This document shows positions 57,980-64,000 of a stretch of 64,000 nucleotides of DNA, in pieces. This DNA comes from an uncultured Gemmatimonadales bacterium (lineage in GTDB: Bacteria; Gemmatimonadota; Gemmatimonadetes; Palauibacterales; Palauibacteraceae). Made by a program: the position numbers and the translations under genes. Position 1 is the first letter of the stretch, and each line of letters begins with the position of its first letter. The notes beneath the pieces are model-generated. The model searched no databases. It was not told where the DNA came from and worked only from the letters and a program-made list of their open reading frames with translations. The stretch lies in assembly GCA_963783385.1 (NCBI GenBank), contig CAWANJ010000001.1, positions 480,001 through 544,000 on the forward strand, given 5' to 3'.

Positions 57980-59408
57980 TCAGCAACCCGAGGTGGTGGT
58001 CAGGTTCGGATTGTTGTCGACCTCCTGCTTGGGAATCGGCAGGCTGGTCCCGTCGCCCTGCGTGCCGGCGGGATAGAGATCCACGCCGTCCCTGGCCCGG
58101 AAGCGCCGCAGGGTGCCCTGGCGCTGTCCGGACAGCCACAGACCGGCGGCGCGGGCGCGCGCCAGCTGCGGCAGGTCGTCGGCCAGCGTCCCGTCGAAGC
58201 TGACGGGAGCGAAGGCGCCCATGGCCGGCAGCGTGGTGCCGCCGACGCCCGCGTGCGGCCCGGCCAGAGCCGGGTTCACCACCAGCATCGGGTTGTTCGC
58301 CTGCGCGGCGTCGGTGAGCAGCGCGTTGACCCGGTTCTGGGCCGCCGCGGTCTGCCCGTTCCGCAACTCGCTCTCGGCGATGATCATCTGAGCTTCCCAG
58401 CCGGAGGCGAGCAGGATCGGGACTCGCTGCGCCGTCGTACAGGTGCTGGAGGACGATCGCGTTGACGCCCACGTCGACGGGCTTGAGTCCCGGTGGGCTC
58501 ACCTGGAGCAGTCCCTGGTTCTCCCACTCCTGGAGGTACGACCACTTCTCGTGGTGCCGGTTGCTCGACAGCGAGTCACCCACCGTCCACCGCAGCGACA
58601 GGTTGCACACGCCGCGCGTGTAGCCGTAGACGTCGTTGCACTGGGCGTTGGTGTTGGACGAATACTCCGACAGGTAGGTGAAGTCCGTCGGGACGTTCTG
58701 GACGAGCGCCGCGGCCGCCGCGTAGTCCGCCGGGCTGCTGGCCAGATACACCTGGGCCCGCGCCTGCCCGACGACGGCCGCCATCTCCACGTCCGACATG
58801 CCGGCCGCCTGCGCCGACGTCTCGGCGTCCTGGAACTTCTGCAGCGCCGCCTGCGCGGCCTCCGCGGGCGTCACCGCGGCCGCCCGGTCCTCGATCACGG
58901 CCTGGCAATAGAACTCCGCCAGGAATTCCCGGTCGTACCCGCCGTACAGGTCCGAGAGGGCGATCCCCTGCTTGAGCTGGTCCTGCACGTCCGAGAAGTC
59001 GGGATCCTGCAGGTCCGCACGGAAGTTGGTCGAGCCCGTGTCGGCCGAGGCCCGCGACACCTGCAGCGGGCTCCACACGTCGTCGGTGACCGTGCCGTTG
59101 TCGTAGGTCACGTTGCGCTCGTCCACGTCGATCCGCGACGGGAACGTCCCCGACAGGATGAATTCGTCCGTGAACAGCCCGGTGTAGAGGGCGTATCCCT
59201 CGAAAGCGTTCTGGAAGTCCCCGACGAGGCCGTTGATCTGGTTGGGAAGCCCGGCGGCTCCCCCGACCTGGCTCGGCGTCACCACGTTCGGGTCCTTGAC
59301 GTCCAGCAGCCCGCCGTGGCACGCCACCGCGGCCGCCGAAGCGACCACCGCCAGCACCACGAGGAGCCGTCCGGGCGACCCGATCCTTCTGCGTATGTTC
59401 GAGAGCAT
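57980..59408 (-). CDS. susD: SusD/RagB family outer-membrane lipoprotein (pair 3; +1 frameshift at ~58420)
   Basis: GGAG then ATG 59408; lipobox AVA-C; LLDVKDP; after shift PILLASGWEAQMIIAE...LWLSGQRQGTLRR...LPIPKQEVDNNPN. Confidence 0.88.
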
Positions 59409-59427
59409 GGCTCGCTCCTCCCTCATC

Positions 59428-62400
59428 TTAGAAGGTCACCGACAGACGACCCGAGAACGACCGCGCCGGAGGCAGCGTCCACAGCTGGGCGCGTGTGAAC
59501 GAGGCGCCGCCGGCCCAGTTCACCTCGGGGTCGGTGCCGGGATAGTTCGTGAAGGTCGCCAGGTTGTTGCCCGACAGCGTGATGGCGGCGCTCGAGAACG
59601 GTAGCCGCCGCACGAGAGACTCGGGCAGGTCGACACGCAGCGAGATCGTGCGAATCTTGGCGTAGTTGGCGCTGTAGATGAACGGCGTCTCCACGCCGGC
59701 TCCCGCCGCGGTGTCCTTGATCTTCGCCTGGTCCGTCAGATTGCCGCTGGCGTCCGTCTGGAAGATCGCAGGACAGGTCCCGAACTGGTCCCCGCCGCCG
59801 AACAGCCCGCAGCTGAAGGACTCGAGGCCATTGTCCAGCTTGTTGCCGCCGGAGAAGTCGAGGAGCCCGTACAGGGTGACGTTGTCGAACAGAGTCAGGG
59901 TGGAAGACACCGAGCCGAACCACTTGGGCGTCGGCGTGCCGAGGAACACGGCCGTGTCCCCGATGGTCACGGTGCCGCTCCCGTCGATCGACACCGGGCG
60001 CGCGAAGTAGGCGCCCGCCGGGAAGCCTTGCTGGTGCCGCTGGTCGCCGAACACGATCGGCTCGGGCAGCTTCGTCACCTTGTTGGTGTTGGTGGAGAAG
60101 TTCACCCGCCACGCCCACTGGACGTTGTCCATCTGCACCGGGATCCCCGTCACGCCGACCTCGATCCCCTTGTTGCTGAGCTCGCCCACGTTGACGAAGC
60201 GGGCCGAGGTGCTCGGGAAGCCGGTCGACGGCGCCTCCTGGCGCTGCACGATGGCGTCCTTGGTCTTCTGGGTGTAGTAGGTCACCTGCAGGTTCAGCCG
60301 GCTGTCCAGCATGCTGGCGTCGAAGCCGACCTCGAGCTCCTGGCCCGTCTCCGGCTTCAGGCTGTCGTTCCCGGGCTGGTTGGCCGTCACGCCGAGCAGA
60401 TCCTGGCCGTTCCGCGACACCGCGATCGGCGACAGGAGCGCCAGCGCGTCCTCGGTGCCCGGCTGCTTGCCGGACTCTCCCCAGGCGCTGCGCAGCTTGA
60501 ACTGCTGAAAGAAGGTGGGGAACCAGCTCTCGTCGCTCAGAATCCACGAGAACTGGAGCTGCGGGTAGGCCTTGAGGCCCAGTTCGGAGCCGAAGGCACT
60601 GTTGTCGTCCAGGCGGAGGGCCGGCGTCAGGAAGACCCGGTCCTTCCAGCTCAGCTGCTCCTGCCCGAACACGCCGGCCGTCTTGACCTCGGCGAAGGTG
60701 TCGGAGCCCTCGTTGGTCACGGCGTTGCTCACCGCGGGCGAGCCGGCCGTGAAGTGGCGGCCGATGGCCTCCGTCTGCTGCGTGGTCTGCCGCACCCACT
60801 GGCCGCCCACCGTCGTGGTGCTCGTGATGTCGGGGGTCAGGTCCGCGACCACGCTCGAGGTGGCGTCCAGCGTGATGTCACGCGTGACGCCGTAGATCTT
60901 GTCGACCAGCCCCAGGGACTGGTCTCCGAACGGCAGTGACGGGTCCACCGGCACGATCTGGTTGGTCCGCGCCGAGTGGGAGTCGTAGCCCACCGTGACC
61001 CGGTTCGTCCAGAAGGACATGGGCCGGTAGGTGAAGTTCACGCTGCCGGTGAAGCGCTCCACGGACTGGTTGTTCTGGCGAGAGAAGAGCTTCTGCATCG
61101 AGTTCGGCACGGCGACGAAGTAGGGACTGTCGCACAGGTTGTTCGTGGCGTCCTGCAGCGAGGACCCCGTGGCCAACGCGTACTCGTACGCCAGGAAGCA
61201 GCTCTGGACCGCCGCGCCGCCACTGGTCGGGTCGGGACGCTTGATCGGCCCCCAGAACGAGGTCCCGAGCGCGTTCCCGACCACGCCGAACAGGTTGTCG
61301 TCGTTCTCGGGCAGCGCGGTCGTGCTGCTCACGTAGCCCGTGTTGACGCTGATGTCCACCTTCTCGGACGGGTGCGCTGACAGGTTGGCGCGCCCGTTGT
61401 AGCGCTCGACCGAGTTCGACGGCAGGTCGCCCTGGTCGTTCCGGTACTCGCCCGACAGGTAATAGCCGAGGTTCGACTCGCCGCCCCGGATCGAGGCCCC
61501 GTAGTTGCCCATGTACCCCGTGCGGAAGGGCGACTTGAAGGGGCCGGCGCCTTCCAGGAGGTTGACGTCGTACACGGTGTCATGAACCGGAGCCACGCCG
61601 GTGAGGATCTGGAGGCCGAGCCCCTTGGCCGGATCCCACGCCATCGACCACCAGTTGGTGGCATCCCAATTGGCCCCCTGCTCGGTCCACAGGCTGTAGC
61701 GGGTCTGTCCCGACTGGCCCTTCTTGGTCGTGATGCGGATCACGCCCCCCGAAGCCTCGGTGCCGTACAGCGCGGCCGCAGCCGGTCCTTTCACGACCTC
61801 GATGCTGGCGATGTCCTCCGGGTTGATGTCGTTGAGGCGGGTATAGTCCTGGCCGCCCACGCCGCCGGCCACGGCGTTGTTGTTGTCGATGCGCGCGCCG
61901 TCCACGTACACGATCGGCGTGTTGCTCAGGCCGAGGGTGGTAGCGCCACGGATCTTGATGTCGGAGGCCGTGCCCAGGGAACCGGAGCTCTGCCGGATCG
62001 TGACGCCCGTGACGCGGCCCTGCAGGAGCTGCGTGAAGTCGGCGCTCGGCTGCTTCTGGGTCTCCTGTGCCACGTCCAGGGTGCTGACGGCGTTCCCCAG
62101 CTCCTTGGTGCGCTGGGTGCCGGTCGCCGTCACGACCACCTCCTCCAGCGACACGGCCGACACGCCGAGCTGGAAGTCGGTGGTGGCCACGCCGCCCTCG
62201 GTCACGGTGATCGTCTTGGACGCCTGCTCGTAGCCGATGAGCCGCACCCTCACCTCGTGCTGCCCGGCGGGCACATCGGTGATCGTGTAGTGCCCATTGG
62301 GATCGGCGAGGGCCCCGAGCTGGGTGCCAACGACGATCACCTGCGCGCCCGAGAGTGGGCTGAGGTTGGTCGCGTCGACGACCCGGCCCTGGACCGTGCC

Positions 62401-62508
62401 CGTGCCCTGGGCGACGGCCGCCGCGCCGAGCGGCAGCGCGCCGAGGACGAGGGCGGCCAGGCCGGCGACCAGGAGTCGCATGGCTCTGTACGACGAAGTC
62501 TGGAGCAT
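59428..62508 (-). CDS. susC: SusC/RagA TonB-dependent transporter (pair 3, intact)
   Basis: GGAGG then ATG 62508; LEEVVVTA, IKIRG, DINPEDIASIEVVKGPAAAALYGTEA, GNDSLKPE, C-terminal F. Confidence 0.95.
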   Translation of the reverse strand: MLQTSSYRAMRLLVAGLAALVLGALPLGAAAVAQGTGTVQGRVVDATNLSPLSGAQVIVVGTQLGALADPNGHYTITDVPAGQHEVRVRLIGYEQASKTITVTEGGVATTDFQLGVSAVSLEEVVVTATGTQRTKELGNAVSTLDVAQETQKQPSADFTQLLQGRVTGVTIRQSSGSLGTASDIKIRGATTLGLSNTPIVYVDGARIDNNNAVAGGVGGQDYTRLNDINPEDIASIEVVKGPAAAALYGTEASGGVIRITTKKGQSGQTRYSLWTEQGANWDATNWWSMAWDPAKGLGLQILTGVAPVHDTVYDVNLLEGAGPFKSPFRTGYMGNYGASIRGGESNLGYYLSGEYRNDQGDLPSNSVERYNGRANLSAHPSEKVDISVNTGYVSSTTALPENDDNLFGVVGNALGTSFWGPIKRPDPTSGGAAVQSCFLAYEYALATGSSLQDATNNLCDSPYFVAVPNSMQKLFSRQNNQSVERFTGSVNFTYRPMSFWTNRVTVGYDSHSARTNQIVPVDPSLPFGDQSLGLVDKIYGVTRDITLDATSSVVADLTPDITSTTTVGGQWVRQTTQQTEAIGRHFTAGSPAVSNAVTNEGSDTFAEVKTAGVFGQEQLSWKDRVFLTPALRLDDNSAFGSELGLKAYPQLQFSWILSDESWFPTFFQQFKLRSAWGESGKQPGTEDALALLSPIAVSRNGQDLLGVTANQPGNDSLKPETGQELEVGFDASMLDSRLNLQVTYYTQKTKDAIVQRQEAPSTGFPSTSARFVNVGELSNKGIEVGVTGIPVQMDNVQWAWRVNFSTNTNKVTKLPEPIVFGDQRHQQGFPAGAYFARPVSIDGSGTVTIGDTAVFLGTPTPKWFGSVSSTLTLFDNVTLYGLLDFSGGNKLDNGLESFSCGLFGGGDQFGTCPAIFQTDASGNLTDQAKIKDTAAGAGVETPFIYSANYAKIRTISLRVDLPESLVRRLPFSSAAITLSGNNLATFTNYPGTDPEVNWAGGASFTRAQLWTLPPARSFSGRLSVTF

Positions 62509-62689
62509 CACGGCACCTCCCTGGTTGGAGAGGACGCCAGGTGGCGCGTCCCCTTTGTGCCCGGTCCCGCTGGAGCGCGGGACCGTCGGTCTCACGGCGT
62601 GAACCCGAGTACGTGGACGTGTCGAATATTTTGCGTCCGGACCTTAGCGTCGACCCGTCCGGTAGCGACGCGTCGACCCGGCCGGCGCC

Positions 62690-63907
62690 TCAGGACGCCT
62701 CGATCTGCACCCGCGCGAAGCGCCGCTTCCCCCTCTGGAGCAGATAACGACCGGGCTCGAGCTGAAGATCCCGGTCCGACACCCTCCGCCCATCGACCTG
62801 GACGGCGCCCTGGTCGATCATGCGGAGCGCCTCCGACGTGGAGTCGGCCAGCCCCGCGCGCTGGAGCGCGTAGCCGATCCACAGGGAGGTCTCGCCCTCG
62901 TCCGCGCCCAGACGCTGCACTGGAAGCTCCTCGGGAGCCTCGCCGCGACGGTGCACGCGATCGAACGCGTCACGAGCCGCATCCGCCGCCCCGCTCCCGT
63001 GATACTGGGTCACGAGGTCCGCGGCAAGCCAGCGCTTCGCCGCCAGCGGGTCGCCGGCGGCCTCCTGTAGCCGCCTCCGGAGCGGCTCACCCCCGGCCGA
63101 TGAGGCCAGGCGCAGCCACTCCTCGAGCAGCTCGTCCGGGATCGACATGGTCCGGCCGAACATTTCCTCCGGCTCCATGGCGAGTCCCACGTAGTTGTCG
63201 TAGGACTTCGACATCTTGCGCTCGCCGTCCGTGCCCCGCAGAAGGGGCATGATGAGGCAGACCTGCGGCTCCTGCCCGCACTTCTCCTGGATCGTCCGCC
63301 CCAGGAGCAGGTTGAAGCGCTGGTCGGTGCCGCCCAGCTCGACGTCGGCCCGAAGCTCGACCGAGTCGTAGGCCTGCATCATCGGGTAGAGGAACTCCGA
63401 CAGCGCGATGGGCCGGCCGTCGGCGTGACGCCGGGCGAAGTCCTCCCGCTCCAGCATCCGGGCCACGGTGTACATGGAGGTGAGGCGGAGGATGTCGGCG
63501 AGACGGAGCGGACCGAGCCACTCGCCGTTCCGCCGCATCTCGGTGCGCTCGGGGTCGAGGACCAGGGACACCTGCCGTCGGTAGGTGGCCAGGTTGGCCT
63601 CGATCTCGGCCTCGTCGAGCACGGGACGCGTATCGGATCGGCCCGAGGGATCCCCGATGCGAGCCGTATAGTCGCCGATCACGAAGACCACGCGGTGGCC
63701 GAGCTCCTGAAAATCCCGCAGCTTCCTCAGGGAGACCGCGTGTCCGATGTGGAGATCCGGCCGCGTGGGGTCGAAGCCCTGCTTGATGACGAGTGGCTCG
63801 TCGCGCTCACGCGAGCGCTCGAGCTTGCGCTCGAGCTCGTCCTCGGGGAGGATCGCATCCACCCCGTCCCGAATCCGCTCGAGCTGTTGGGCGACGGGGA
63901 GAAACAT
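62690..63907 (-). CDS. tyrS: Tyrosine-tRNA ligase
   Basis: GFDPT..LHIGH, YP.MQAYD, ELGGTDQ, KMSKS, C-terminal S4 domain. Confidence 0.97.
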   Translation of the reverse strand: MFLPVAQQLERIRDGVDAILPEDELERKLERSRERDEPLVIKQGFDPTRPDLHIGHAVSLRKLRDFQELGHRVVFVIGDYTARIGDPSGRSDTRPVLDEAEIEANLATYRRQVSLVLDPERTEMRRNGEWLGPLRLADILRLTSMYTVARMLEREDFARRHADGRPIALSEFLYPMMQAYDSVELRADVELGGTDQRFNLLLGRTIQEKCGQEPQVCLIMPLLRGTDGERKMSKSYDNYVGLAMEPEEMFGRTMSIPDELLEEWLRLASSAGGEPLRRRLQEAAGDPLAAKRWLAADLVTQYHGSGAADAARDAFDRVHRRGEAPEELPVQRLGADEGETSLWIGYALQRAGLADSTSEALRMIDQGAVQVDGRRVSDRDLQLEPGRYLLQRGKRRFARVQIEAS

Positions 63908-64000
63908 TCTTCCGGGAGCCCTGGTATAGTGTGCCTCGTGAACGAGCGAAGCCCGTCCCTGTCCGAGGCCGGCTACCATAGCCGCGGCCACCATCGCGGG

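Noticed and set aside
1-64000. CRISPR array, IS elements, prophage, rRNA
   Set aside because: No regularly spaced repeats, transposase, phage structural genes or rRNA-like sequence recognised
63908-64000. T-box leader upstream of tyrS
   Set aside because: No T-box consensus in the 93 bp available; the window ends here

Overview
Very GC-rich (visually >70%) bacterial DNA. Gene content (SusC/SusD pairs, carboxypeptidase-regulatory/plug proteins, VPS10 protein) resembles Gemmatimonadota; this taxonomic call is inference. About 53 CDS. Left part: zincin peptidase (partial), small OM beta-barrel, PAS-GGDEF-degenerate EAL, mscL, VPS10 protein, FAH hydrolase, cysteine desulfurase-like enzyme. Next is a ~2.4 kb integrase-less islet bounded by tRNA-Arg(UCG) and a 41-bp copy of its 3' half, carrying a cytochrome c-PQQ dehydrogenase. 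The middle is mostly minus-strand housekeeping genes: acyl-CoA dehydrogenase, NAD-IDH, LeuA-family enzyme, nucleotidyltransferase, DAACS transporter, cutA, two acyl-CoA ligases, folE plus an animal-type PTPS, a likely 6S RNA, NhaC, M19 dipeptidase, MPG, a NYN-LOTUS-IDR-HhH protein, aroB and folK. The right ~20 kb is an outer-membrane import locus: three tandem SusC/SusD pairs with no recognisable CAZymes, two barrel-less TonB-plug proteins and several lipoproteins, ending at tyrS. Five genes carry single-base +1 frameshifts, most likely assembly errors. No CRISPR array, rRNA or transposase was seen. All calls come from motif recognition by eye, with no database search.
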